Shown: positions 14,291 to 23,531, counted from the first letter of the stretch. The stretch is DNA of 32,000 nt from Stenotrophomonas riyadhensis (GCF_025697965.1 NZ_JAHWBK010000003.1); one strand, 5' to 3'. The notes: generated by a model not told the origin, from the sequence alone. Numbers and translations: made by a program.

Positions 14291-15041
14291 TCAGAAGCTT
14301 GCGGGGTATGGTGGCGTCTCCGGGAAAGTCCCCATGGGACGTTTGCCGACCTCAATCAGTGCGTGTGCGGCCTGCTCAGGCGAGCCTGCCGCCGCCTGTG
14401 CTACTCCCTGAGCAGGATCATCCCGACGCGGTTCCGCATCCTGCCTTGGTGCCCGATACGGGTTGTAGGCCGGGCCATCGCGTGCGATCGCCACGCAAAC
14501 CGGGATCGAGATTTTTGCCTTGGTGCCCTGCTCTGTTACGCACGTGCATGTGGTGTCCTGCGGCGTGGTGCCGGAGGCCATGCAGTACAGCTCAGGCTGC
14601 GATTGCACGGTGCGCTCATCGAAGGCGGGCACTAACCATGGCTGAAATTCGATGCGCGGTTTGTACTTCGCCACGTAATCATCGCGAGAGAGGGGCCGTG
14701 CCGCCGGCATGCCGGCGCCCAAGGGCGCCAGGGCACCTGCCGGCGCCAAAGCACCGGCCCCCTGCTCTTCCTTCTTTGTGACGGATGAAACTGGAAGGCT
14801 TTATGAGGAATAGCCATCCCAACCACAGGATGCTTATGAGGGCCACTACAACTGATAGCCCCTGCCAGACCCGTTTCGGCACCTTGAACTTGTGGCTTGC
14901 CGTATGCAGCGTTGCGCTGCGATAGCGAGCATAGAGATCCTTCGGGTAGACCCAGATCTCTTCCTCGGCCTTGTCGCGTATCCGTTCGTCGTAGGGATCG
15001 ACCTGCATACGGGTCCACGTCAGAACACCCGCGCGCTGCAT
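14291..15041 (-). pseudogene. zot: zot (pI) pseudogene: N-terminal ATPase third missing, one frameshift
   Basis: Two overlapping ORFs. 14679-15041 covers the region before and including the TM (...KVPKRVWQGLSVVVALISILWLGWLFLI). 14291-14749 covers the C-terminal domain (YKPRIEFQPWLVPAFDERTV...CVTEQGT...PMGTFPETPP). The frame switches near 14775-14800. No Walker A region is present. Confidence 0.75.
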
Positions 15042-15194
15042 GCCATTCCTGAGCGCTTGGTTGCATCAGTACCCATCGCAGGTAGCGTCACCACCTCAGC
15101 GGATGGACTGGGGTGTCTCGCTTGGCTGGACTCCTGCTGTAGTGCACTGGCCTCAAGCCCGTCACAGAGCGGCTTCATGCCCGGATGCGGATGA

Positions 15195-15377
15195 TTGGGC
15201 CAACGATACTGCTCGCAGTTGAGCGGCGTAATGGAGTGGTTGCCAACATCCGCGCAGGGCCAAGAGGCGTTCACGCTCAGCGAGTCCGGCACGCTGTTGC
15301 GGTATCGCCACGCATGGGAGCAGCGGCGTGAGCTTTACGTGGTGTATGCGCGCGGGAGTGCTGGGCCCTGCCCCTGA
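15195..15377 (+). CDS. truncated copy of a repeat-borne hypothetical ORF
   Basis: The C-terminal 36 aa (AFTLSESGTLLRYRHAWEQRRELYVVYARGSAGPCP) are near-identical to 23253-23531. TTG start directly after an in-frame TGA. Convergent with the CPCC gene. Confidence 0.25.
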   Translation: MGQRYCSQLSGVMEWLPTSAQGQEAFTLSESGTLLRYRHAWEQRRELYVVYARGSAGPCP

Positions 15378-15466
15378 TAGACATCCCTAATCCCCTGCCC
15401 TGACGATGTCCGGATTCAGGCAGTAGTGGGTATTCGTGAACGTCATGAGTTGAGTCCAAAGTGGAT

Positions 15467-15823
15467 TCAGATCGAGAGATCGCCCAAGTTCGACCAGTAA
15501 GCCTCCCCCTCGTGCGAGACGGCCTTGCTGTGCCAGTGCTTGTCGTCCCTTAAGGCTTCGTAGTGCCTGATTTCCGAGCTGGATAAAGGGCGCCAGCTAG
15601 ACCCGCGGCGAAAGCCGCTTGCGACATTGACGCCAATAGGCAACCTGAAAAGAGCTTTCTGCTGCGCTTGCGCCAGGGACTCGCCGCTGGCTCCGCCGAC
15701 GGATGTGGGGTTGGCAAGTAGTACTCCGTCATCCTCCCAGTCGCAGATCGGACATATGGCAAATGATCCGTAGAAGCCTTTCAGAGTCAGGAAGCCACAC
15801 GATGGACAAGGCAGATCGATCAT
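15467..15823 (-). CDS. CPCC-family Cys-rich protein, 118 aa
   Basis: MIDLPCPSCGFLTL...FAICPICDWEDDGVLLANPTSVGGASGESLAQAQ matches the CPCC (PF14206-like) pattern CPxCG...CxxCxWEDD. ATGA overlap with the upstream 55-aa ORF. Confidence 0.7.
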   Translation of the reverse strand: MIDLPCPSCGFLTLKGFYGSFAICPICDWEDDGVLLANPTSVGGASGESLAQAQQKALFRLPIGVNVASGFRRGSSWRPLSSSEIRHYEALRDDKHWHSKAVSHEGEAYWSNLGDLSI

Positions 15824-15987
15824 TGAGGCCCAAGAACATTAGGTGGGTGAATCACTCGACCAGCAGGTGTCGTGTAAGGCTGAATATGCAGTAGCTCGCG
15901 GGCTCGGCTCAAGCGCATTAAATGGGCGTCAGTAGTGAAGCGCTGTCCCACCTGGCGCAACAGCGCCTCGCGCTGCGTGAAGGTCAT
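15820..15987 (-). CDS. small protein, 55 aa (65 aa if the TTG at 16017 is used)
   Basis: MTFTQREALLRQVGQRFTTDAHLMRLSRARELLHIQPYTTPAGRVIHPPNVLGPQ. The 65-aa ORF translation in the track is identical in the second copy (23915-24112). Translationally coupled to the CPCC gene. Confidence 0.45.
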   Translation of the reverse strand: MTFTQREALLRQVGQRFTTDAHLMRLSRARELLHIQPYTTPAGRVIHPPNVLGPQ

Positions 15988-16022
15988 GGGGCGGCCTTTG
16001 ATTGCGCGATGAATCAAGTTCT

Positions 16023-16433
16023 CTACTTCAGATCTTTCGAGTAGTCATCAAGCAGCTTCTCCGCAACCCGCGCCACTCCCTCATCAATCTCGTTATCCGT
16101 CAGGAAGTCGGATAATGCGCGAAACTCCGCCTTATTCCTAACCCGTCCCCGCTTGAGAATTGCACGAACCTTGGCCGAGCCCCTATCCATAAAGAATTCA
16201 AAACTGAACCCATATGTGGATAGAAGATATTCCCTCGCAATTTTCCTGGCATCCTCGGGGAGATCATTCAGTCCATCAGCAATATCAGCTGCCACCTCAT
16301 AGAGCTTGCGACTACGTGCAAAATGCGTAACCGTCTTCCTCCGCAACTCAACGAGACGTGGGATATCGTTGGGGGAGGACAACATTGTGATGCCATCCTG
16401 GCACCATTTTTCCAGCTTTTCCAGTTCCATCAC
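16023..16433 (-). CDS. putative cognate immunity protein, 136 aa
   Basis: The start overlaps the RHS stop (ATGA). AT-rich, acidic, helical, with no signal peptide. About 82% identical to the orphan copy at 24118-24531. Confidence 0.7.
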   Translation of the reverse strand: MMELEKLEKWCQDGITMLSSPNDIPRLVELRRKTVTHFARSRKLYEVAADIADGLNDLPEDARKIAREYLLSTYGFSFEFFMDRGSAKVRAILKRGRVRNKAEFRALSDFLTDNEIDEGVARVAEKLLDDYSKDLK

Positions 16434-19400
16434 CTTTCACCAAAATTAGCCCACTGATAGCCAGTAAATGAATTCTTTTCGCCAAACATAAAATTCGACG
16501 ATTCATGATATAGCAATCCATTGGGGTTGCTCTTTGCCACTCCGCGAATAAGGTTTCCAACCTTTTCGCTGCCAATTCCACCCTTGTAATCGATCATTTG
16601 CTGTTCGCGCCCTCGAATGGCCAATTTGCCGCTCTCACCTTGCCCAGACTTATCCAGCTTCGGATTTCGATAGCCTTCCAGTCGCCTCCCCCAGTGTCGA
16701 GCGTACCGCTGCATCATAACTTCCTCAGGTGATCCGTAACCACTGGCTCGGCCAACGTAGGTGATCGTACGGACGTCTTCGACTCTGGTCATCGTGTAAG
16801 TGACAAACGTTTTCTCTTGCGGCCTGCTTTGCGATGCCTGCACCGTGACCGTGGCAAGGTTCACCGTTTGCGGCGCTGTGTCTACAGGCCTCTCGCCAAG
16901 TAGAACAGGGGGCGAGGGCGAGGGCGGGAGCGGCACAGGAAGCGGCATGGGCATAGGAACTGCTTGCCTTCCGTCGGGATCACGGAATCGAAGGGGGTTA
17001 TCGTTGGCGTAGCGATAACGATTGAAGTTGTACGCGTTCTCCAAGTTGACTGCATCAGGATCCGGCGAGATAAAGCGCCCCAATTGGGGGTCATAGAAGC
17101 GCTGCCCCATGTAGATCAGGCCGGTGTCGGCATCTTTAAGGTGACCGGAGTAGCCGGGCGTGTTCGCAGGAGGTGTTGCGTCGGCCTCGCCATACGGCGA
17201 CCAGAAGTGACGGGTTAGAACCGCACCATTGGCGCCACTGGTGGCCGCCAAGGTGTTGAGAGCGTCGTGATGAAGGTAAGTGAGCGTTGCACCCGCTGAA
17301 GAGCTGGTGCGAATCGCTAGCAGTCGCTTGCCCAGGTAGATGTAGTCGGACGTTTCCCCGCCCTGGGTGGATTCGATCAGCTCCCCGCCCACCAGGTACT
17401 GCCAGGTGCGATCTGGAATGTCTGATCCGTCTACGAAAAGCTCGGGCGCCCCTCGTTCCACAGGAAGCTGGATCGCTCTTCCGTCCAGCGGAACTGTGAT
17501 CGGTTCCTCCAGCCCCGGGATGTGTGGTGTGCCGCCTGAACTGCCTGAACTGCCCGATGCAGATGCGCGCAATCCTGCCCCGTCGTAGAAGTACTTCTGC
17601 ACATTCCCTGCGGCACGGAGCTGGCCACCCATGTCGTAGGTGAATGTCTGGCCGTTACGGATCGCCAGATTGCCTGCCGCGTCATAGGAGAAGCCAGAGA
17701 CACCACTGCCACCGGGGTCCCGCAGCAACTCCAGGCGATTGCGGGCGTCGTAGTGGAACGTACGCTCCCGCTTTCCCGGCAACCGCATCGAGACGATGTT
17801 GTCCAGCGTGTCATAGCCGAACGTGTACTGCCCATTGCCACCATAGGCTGGAGCACTGGCTTGAATCAGCCGGTCGAGACGGTCGTAGCCCAGGTTGATC
17901 GTCCCGGAGTCGCCGCGCACACCATCGCGGATCTGGGTGATGTTTCCTGCCGCATCGTAGCTGTAGTTCAGATCGACCGCGCCACCGTCGACGATGCGGC
18001 TGGTCAACTGTCGCGCGTTCTCGGTTACGCCACGTACGATGCCATTGCCATAGGTCAGCGCAGTGGCTTCGCCACTGGGAGAGTAGGCGATGTTGCTGGC
18101 GAGCACGGCGCCGGTGCCATCTTGCAGCCGTACGGGCTGACCCAGGGCGTTCAAGGACTGCCGGACGGAGTAGCCGTCGGGATAGTCCGTACGGATGTGC
18201 TGCCCCAGAGGGTCGTAGCCAAATCCCAGGGACCGGGCGCTGGCGCTGCCCACCACACGGCTCTGACTGGCCACCGACCCGAGTGAGTTGTAGGTACGGG
18301 TGGTCACCACCGGCACCCGATCCTGATTGAAGACCCTTTCGGTCTTCAGCTGGCCTGTGGGGGTGTACTCCAGCTGCTGATCACCCAGGCCATCAGGATA
18401 GACAACAGCCTGGAGGCGATTGCTGGAATCGTAGTTGCGGGAAATGCGACGAGCAGCAATCTGCGGTGACTCACGATCACATGCCGTCAGGCTGGGCAAA
18501 TCGAGTCCTGTTGCACTCCAAGCAATGTTTCCGGCCGCATCGTAGCCAAGCACGGTCGCCCCTGTTTCCGGCTCGATGACCTTGCACAGCCGGAGATTGT
18601 CGTCGTAGACGTATCGCCGGGCCACAGTTGGGGCCGGATTGTCTGGATTGACGGGCACGATAGGAGCGCCCTTGGCGGTGGCAACCGCAGTGGCAATTGC
18701 ATCACCGGCAACCGATAGCGTGAATCGGCTCGTTCCAGCGCCAAGCGGTACAACGACGGAACCGTTCGCACCACTGCCCACCACGGCACCACCATCTCGC
18801 TTGAGTTCTGCGCGCGAATCGGTGGCCGACCAGGTCACGGTGACGTTGCAGGTCTGCGTGCCCGATGCAATCTGGCACATCGCAGGAGCCACCGACACCG
18901 ATCCACTGGGCGCTGCGGGAACGACAAAGGTCCCGGAGCCGCCAATAGCGTTGTTGGGCTGTCCAACGGGGGAAATCCCGTGGACATAGATCGACTGCCC
19001 CCCGCGCTGACGCCGCTGCTCGTTGCTTATCGGGAGCGAGAAACGGTGATTCCCCCCAGCCTTGCAGAGCGTAGCCACGGCCGGCTCACTCGCCAAGTCG
19101 GCCTTGCCGGTCAGGAAGATCGTCCCGCCCCCGCCTGCGGCTCCCCCGGTGTAGACATGAAGGTCGATCGAAGATTCAATGCCTGTCGAACACGCCCAGC
19201 CCCGGATCTGTCCATCGCTGGAGACACCATCGATGCCGCCAATGACCTTGGACGGCGGCCCGGTCACCGTGACCTGGACATTGTCGCTTTCCCGGCCAAA
19301 CCACTCCTTTCCTTCTTCCAACAACCTCCATTGGAAGCTGTAGACACCGGGTAATGTCGGAGCGACCACATCGAACTCAAAGAACGCAGGCAACGGTGGG

Positions 19401-20341
19401 ATCACATCATTGGGCATTGGGACCCGCGCCCTGCCCCATCGAACGTTGTCATTGGGATTCCAGGACCCCAACGCATAGCCTGCCGCCGCCGACCACGTTG
19501 TGTTGCCCGTATTGGAAAATTTCAGCTTGACGCGATAGGTGCGCCCCGCCTCCATGCTGGTCGGAACTTCCTGTTGATACATCACACCACGATTGAGTCT
19601 TCCTGTCGTCTCAAATTTTTGCTCATTGCTGGTGCTTCCAAAGCGAACACCGTTGCGATTCATCTGCCACTGAATGGTGTTAGGTCCATTCTCTTTGGCG
19701 GCTGTGCCATTGAATGAGAACGTCACCGTCCCACCCGGGGCCACGTCGTGAGGAACAGAAACTTCGGCAATTCCCAGCAGGGTAGCGTCAAGAACGTAGC
19801 CCTCGGCCTGTCCCAGTCGATAGCCGTCCCCTGATCGCCACGTCGTGTTCCCTGTATTCCGGAATGTGACCGTGCCGCTGAAGGGCGTACCTCTGTCGCC
19901 AGACCCCGGCCAACTTGCCGAGACATACTCAGCCCCATCGAAAGGGGTTGGTGGCGCCGCTACTGTAATCGTAATGGTGGGCGAGATCAGCCGCCTGGAA
20001 ACTTCATCGCCATTGATGTTGCGCACACCGAACGCACTGAATACATAGTTATATGTACCTGCCGATAATCCGTTCTCAGTGTATATACCCTCCGAGAACC
20101 GGGAGATCACGACTCCATTTCGTGTCAGCTGTGGCTCGGAAAGATATTCATATTTGCCACCACTGCCTGTATTTCCGCTCTTGAGTTGCAACTGATACGT
20201 GGCAGGTGCCGTATAAGATCGCTGAGCTGGGCCCACCAACTCGATCCATACCTGGGCGCGTACGGACGGGCAGATAAAGGAAAGAAAAAGGCCCAGCAGA
20301 ACCGCGGCCATGCGCAGTTTTCCAGTGTTCGCGAATTCCAT
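16430..20341 (-). CDS. RHS-repeat polymorphic toxin, 1303 aa
   Basis: Sec signal (LGLFLSFICPSVRA|QV). Two tandem beta-sandwich repeats (F[RS]NTGNTTW...GY.LG...W[QR][ML]...FG). Many YD repeats (YDAAGN, YDSSNRL, YDPLGQ, YDAAGNI...). RHS core end ...YRYANDNPLRFRDPDGRQ. A Pro-rich linker precedes a 177-aa variable AT-richer C-terminus. Confidence 0.9.
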   Translation of the reverse strand: MEFANTGKLRMAAVLLGLFLSFICPSVRAQVWIELVGPAQRSYTAPATYQLQLKSGNTGSGGKYEYLSEPQLTRNGVVISRFSEGIYTENGLSAGTYNYVFSAFGVRNINGDEVSRRLISPTITITVAAPPTPFDGAEYVSASWPGSGDRGTPFSGTVTFRNTGNTTWRSGDGYRLGQAEGYVLDATLLGIAEVSVPHDVAPGGTVTFSFNGTAAKENGPNTIQWQMNRNGVRFGSTSNEQKFETTGRLNRGVMYQQEVPTSMEAGRTYRVKLKFSNTGNTTWSAAAGYALGSWNPNDNVRWGRARVPMPNDVIPPLPAFFEFDVVAPTLPGVYSFQWRLLEEGKEWFGRESDNVQVTVTGPPSKVIGGIDGVSSDGQIRGWACSTGIESSIDLHVYTGGAAGGGGTIFLTGKADLASEPAVATLCKAGGNHRFSLPISNEQRRQRGGQSIYVHGISPVGQPNNAIGGSGTFVVPAAPSGSVSVAPAMCQIASGTQTCNVTVTWSATDSRAELKRDGGAVVGSGANGSVVVPLGAGTSRFTLSVAGDAIATAVATAKGAPIVPVNPDNPAPTVARRYVYDDNLRLCKVIEPETGATVLGYDAAGNIAWSATGLDLPSLTACDRESPQIAARRISRNYDSSNRLQAVVYPDGLGDQQLEYTPTGQLKTERVFNQDRVPVVTTRTYNSLGSVASQSRVVGSASARSLGFGYDPLGQHIRTDYPDGYSVRQSLNALGQPVRLQDGTGAVLASNIAYSPSGEATALTYGNGIVRGVTENARQLTSRIVDGGAVDLNYSYDAAGNITQIRDGVRGDSGTINLGYDRLDRLIQASAPAYGGNGQYTFGYDTLDNIVSMRLPGKRERTFHYDARNRLELLRDPGGSGVSGFSYDAAGNLAIRNGQTFTYDMGGQLRAAGNVQKYFYDGAGLRASASGSSGSSGGTPHIPGLEEPITVPLDGRAIQLPVERGAPELFVDGSDIPDRTWQYLVGGELIESTQGGETSDYIYLGKRLLAIRTSSSAGATLTYLHHDALNTLAATSGANGAVLTRHFWSPYGEADATPPANTPGYSGHLKDADTGLIYMGQRFYDPQLGRFISPDPDAVNLENAYNFNRYRYANDNPLRFRDPDGRQAVPMPMPLPVPLPPSPSPPVLLGERPVDTAPQTVNLATVTVQASQSRPQEKTFVTYTMTRVEDVRTITYVGRASGYGSPEEVMMQRYARHWGRRLEGYRNPKLDKSGQGESGKLAIRGREQQMIDYKGGIGSEKVGNLIRGVAKSNPNGLLYHESSNFMFGEKNSFTGYQWANFGER

Positions 20342-20354
20342 TCTTGTCGTGCCT

Positions 20355-23003
20355 TCAGTTAGCGGACTGGGCTACTTCCGTCGTAAGTCCAAAAGCATTT
20401 CGTTTAATGCTGACTTTGCTGCCATCGGCCCGGATGATCTGTGCAGGCTTCCCATAATCCGGTCCATCAAAGGCATCAAACCGAGTGATCGTCTGGTGGC
20501 CTAGCGGGTCAATCGTCGTAGTCGTGGCATTGATACCGTAGGCAATGGTGGTGATCAGCAGGCCCTGCTCACTGTCCTGAGAGGAAGAGGTTTTCCTTCC
20601 AAGTGCGTCGTACTCGGTCCAGGTGCCAGTCGCCACATTGCTATCCCTTGAAGGATAGGAAGTGAACGTAAGGCGACCTTCGCTGTCGTAACTGCTCCTG
20701 ACCCACCGCTGGGTTCCAGCCATGTCGCTTGCATCGTATTCGTGCACCAGACGGGGCTGCCAAAGCGCGTCGAGATAGGTTTCCTGGCGGCGCGCCCCTT
20801 GAGTGTTATCGACCCTCCAGTGCCCCGCCGAGAGGCCGTATTCATCAGCTGAGATCTGCCGGAACGAGATGGTTGTCTTGGCCCACTGGTTCTCATCGAC
20901 CGGTGGTTGGACTTCCCGCACACGCCCCATCGGATCGTGCAGATAGGACGTGGTCCTCTGCAGTTCGTCCGTAGTCGAGGTGATCCACCCGTTCCCGTCT
21001 GCCGTCATGCGGTTGGTGGTGCCATCCGGATTGATGACCAGCCGTGGCACTCCTCTGTACCAGTCCTGGATGTGCGTCTCGTTCCCTTTCCCGTCACGCA
21101 CGTTGCTGATCGTGCCGTCCGAGGCATAAGTAACGCTCTGCAGCAATGCCCCAGCACGATAGACGGCATTCGGCTTGGCCAGGGCGTCGTAGGTGTACCG
21201 GGTGGTGGTCTTCCCGGAGGCGGCCTCCTTGACGCTCAGCACCTGATCCTGGACCCAAGGGCTGGCCGTATCCAGATACTCCCTCACCTCGGCCTTAGTT
21301 CCAGAAGGACCGGTGTAAGTCACACGTCCTGGACGTGCACTACGATTGAAGTCACTGAAGATCACGCGATAGGTATCACCATCCTGAGAGGATTGGCTTT
21401 CGCTCAGCGCACTGAGCGTACCTGCAAGGAATTGGCCCGACTGAATACTAATCGAGCGCCCAATTCGTTCAGCAAACGGCCCAGTTGCAGAGCCGAACAG
21501 GTAGGTCGAAAACTCTTCGCGTTGCACCTGGCCTGCCGCATCCAAAACCTGCTTTTGAAGGAGCTTTCGCTCATCCAATCCTGGGTCAGCGCCATAGCGC
21601 TCTCGAATCTGCGTCCCATCCGGCCTCGTCAGACTGGACCAACGACCGCCTCCCGGCAGCTGCAGGTTGTAGTTTCGCGTACTCACCATTGGTGGCAGGC
21701 CGGGCCCGGTGATGGTACGCCGCTTCAAAGACCAAACCTGGTAGTGGGAGGGCGCCAGTCCTTGGCAGGGGTCGGAGCGAATAAACAGCTCCATTTCGAA
21801 GTCGAACACGCCCCGGGCCCCCGACGGAGAGACCACAGTCATCTGCGTGGGAGGGGGTTCTCTGCCGGCGCGAATCTCACAACCACCATCGTCGTCGGCT
21901 TTGCGGTAAGGAAAGCTGGACTGAAGACGCCCGCGATGACTGTAGGTCCAAGCGGAGCCATCGGGAAGCGTGACGCGGGACAAGCCGCCGTCATTGCCGT
22001 CCGCATCCCCCAAATAGGCATATCGCCAAACCCGCCCATTGGCCGTCACAGTGGCTACCCGACCGTCGCCATCGTAACTCAGGTCAATCCGGCGACCGTC
22101 GCTGGACTCGATTTTGGTTAGCTTATCCCCGTTGTAGCTGTAGGATACCCAGTTCCCATGGCGATCCTCCACACGCGAGGCCAGAAGATAGACCCGCTTA
22201 CGCTCCACCGAGCGACTACCGGCACCGTTATTGAACTCAGCCCTCGCATAGGGCCTTTCCACGCCCCAGTCGAAGAAGTACTTCTTTCCATCAGGGGTGT
22301 GCCCGATAAACGCCTCGCCCGGATAACCGTTGCGTGTTGCAGCCAAACAACTGAACCGGGCTCTGGAGGTAGTCATCCACTTGGGCGCCTCCAGGCCTGG
22401 TGCTGTGGCATAGGACGGGTCGTCAGCAATCAGAAGCTCCTCGCCATTTCCACCATGCCACTTCACGTCAATGCCGAAGCCGATATCGGTATAGCCCCAA
22501 GTCTCCAATAGGAAGGGCGCTTTATTGACCGAGCAGCGCTGTGTGGTCTGAGCGCCTCGATCGCCAGTAATCCACCCAGCACCCTTGGTCCAAACGCCTG
22601 ACATATAGGGAACGACGATTTCCCAATCATCAAAGAGTGTCAGTCCTTTGGCCTCGCTGTAGCGAGACCCTCGGTTGACCGCTTCCACCCCGAAGCGTCG
22701 GGCAATGCTGACCGGAAGGTCGAAGTTGCCAGGAATGGAGACATCTTCAATGAGAAACTCAGTGCTGCCGTCGAACCCCGAGGTTCGATCGCCGAACACC
22801 TCGTCCGCAGAGATGGCGGTGACAGATTGCGCGCTCTTTATCCGCTTCTCATATTCTTGGTAGCTAAAGAGTCCATCTTGGGCCGACACGTGGAATCCGG
22901 CTCCCAACATAAGCGCTACGCCCACGATGAGCGAGCAAAGTCGTGGGCTGCGATAAGTGCTACGGGGAGCCTTTCCCTCCCGCCTGTCCCTGGCAGAATT
23001 CAT
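20355..23003 (-). CDS. Sec-signal YD/RHS-repeat protein, 882 aa (no core-end motif, no toxin tip)
   Basis: Signal-like N-terminus (LIVGVALMLGAGFHVSA|QDG). YD repeats (SYNGDKLTKIESSDGRRIDLSYDGDGRVATV, YTYDALAKP, SYDSEGRL, EYDALGRK). Ends 13 nt before the 1303-aa gene. Confidence 0.85.
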   Translation of the reverse strand: MNSARDRREGKAPRSTYRSPRLCSLIVGVALMLGAGFHVSAQDGLFSYQEYEKRIKSAQSVTAISADEVFGDRTSGFDGSTEFLIEDVSIPGNFDLPVSIARRFGVEAVNRGSRYSEAKGLTLFDDWEIVVPYMSGVWTKGAGWITGDRGAQTTQRCSVNKAPFLLETWGYTDIGFGIDVKWHGGNGEELLIADDPSYATAPGLEAPKWMTTSRARFSCLAATRNGYPGEAFIGHTPDGKKYFFDWGVERPYARAEFNNGAGSRSVERKRVYLLASRVEDRHGNWVSYSYNGDKLTKIESSDGRRIDLSYDGDGRVATVTANGRVWRYAYLGDADGNDGGLSRVTLPDGSAWTYSHRGRLQSSFPYRKADDDGGCEIRAGREPPPTQMTVVSPSGARGVFDFEMELFIRSDPCQGLAPSHYQVWSLKRRTITGPGLPPMVSTRNYNLQLPGGGRWSSLTRPDGTQIRERYGADPGLDERKLLQKQVLDAAGQVQREEFSTYLFGSATGPFAERIGRSISIQSGQFLAGTLSALSESQSSQDGDTYRVIFSDFNRSARPGRVTYTGPSGTKAEVREYLDTASPWVQDQVLSVKEAASGKTTTRYTYDALAKPNAVYRAGALLQSVTYASDGTISNVRDGKGNETHIQDWYRGVPRLVINPDGTTNRMTADGNGWITSTTDELQRTTSYLHDPMGRVREVQPPVDENQWAKTTISFRQISADEYGLSAGHWRVDNTQGARRQETYLDALWQPRLVHEYDASDMAGTQRWVRSSYDSEGRLTFTSYPSRDSNVATGTWTEYDALGRKTSSSQDSEQGLLITTIAYGINATTTTIDPLGHQTITRFDAFDGPDYGKPAQIIRADGSKVSIKRNAFGLTTEVAQSAN

Positions 23004-23252
23004 GTCCGCTACATCCTTGAGTGAAGGGTGATAGGTGACTCAGCTTCTATTTGGGTGACGAATTACTCCCCCGTCCTCGACTTGTCAAGCCTCGCTAAGC
23101 GGGGCGCTCTTTGGGGGGGTAATGCCGATGGCGACCAGGGCCGGTAGGCAGATGCCGATGAGCGTGACTGCGCGTGCTGTCTTGGGCGCTTCCGGGATGG
23201 GCTTTGGCGCAGGGCCTCTCGCCGAATACAGGGTGGTTCCAGGAGGGTCTCC

Positions 23253-23531
23253 ATGGAGCGATTGCCGACCTCAACAAGCAGGTGGCGATGGCTCGGGCTT
23301 GCTGGCCGATGCCACGAGCTGCGACTGAAACGGCAGTGGCTGGACTTGGTGGCTGACCAGCCGATCGTCTATCGGCTTGACGCGCAGGGCCAATTGAACA
23401 GAAGTCAGGAGAACGATGACGCGTTCACGCTCAGCGAGTCCGGCACGCTGTTGCGGTATCGCCACGCATGGGAGCAGCGGCGTGAGCTTTACGTGGCGTA
23501 TGCGCGCGGGAGTGCTGGGCCCTGCCCCTGA
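23253..23531 (+). CDS. hypothetical protein, 92 aa (repeat-borne; may be a fragment)
   Basis: ...LVADQPIVYRLDAQGQLNRSQENDDAFTLSESGTLLRYRHAWEQRRELYVAYARGSAGPCP. Upstream, protein-like stretches occur in two other frames, so the 5' part may be frameshifted. Confidence 0.3.
   Translation: MERLPTSTSRWRWLGLAGRCHELRLKRQWLDLVADQPIVYRLDAQGQLNRSQENDDAFTLSESGTLLRYRHAWEQRRELYVAYARGSAGPCP

Larger units (their letters stand above)
13164..15060 (-). mobile_element. Inovirus prophage remnant 3
   Basis: attP-like site, XafT-like copy C, hairpin, an AT-richer cargo gene and a 5'-truncated, frameshifted zot. No traX, coat or rep. Confidence 0.65.
15251..16635. repeat. direct repeat copy 1 (~1.39 kb): tip-immunity-55aa-CPCC module
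   Basis: Collinear with 23383-24730. The offset is 8095 bp across the immunity and 55-aa genes and 8154 bp left of the 59-bp indel. Confidence 0.85.

Noticed and set aside
15020-15292. 90-aa - strand ORF spanning the zot'/RHS-island junction
   Set aside because: It crosses a recombination junction and overlaps the truncated + strand repeat ORF. It has no paralog in the second repeat copy and no motifs.
20907-22121. 404-aa + strand ORF inside the 882-aa RHS gene
   Set aside because: Antisense shadow ORF. The - strand translation carries unmistakable YD repeats, while this frame is Arg/Pro/Gly-rich with no motifs.
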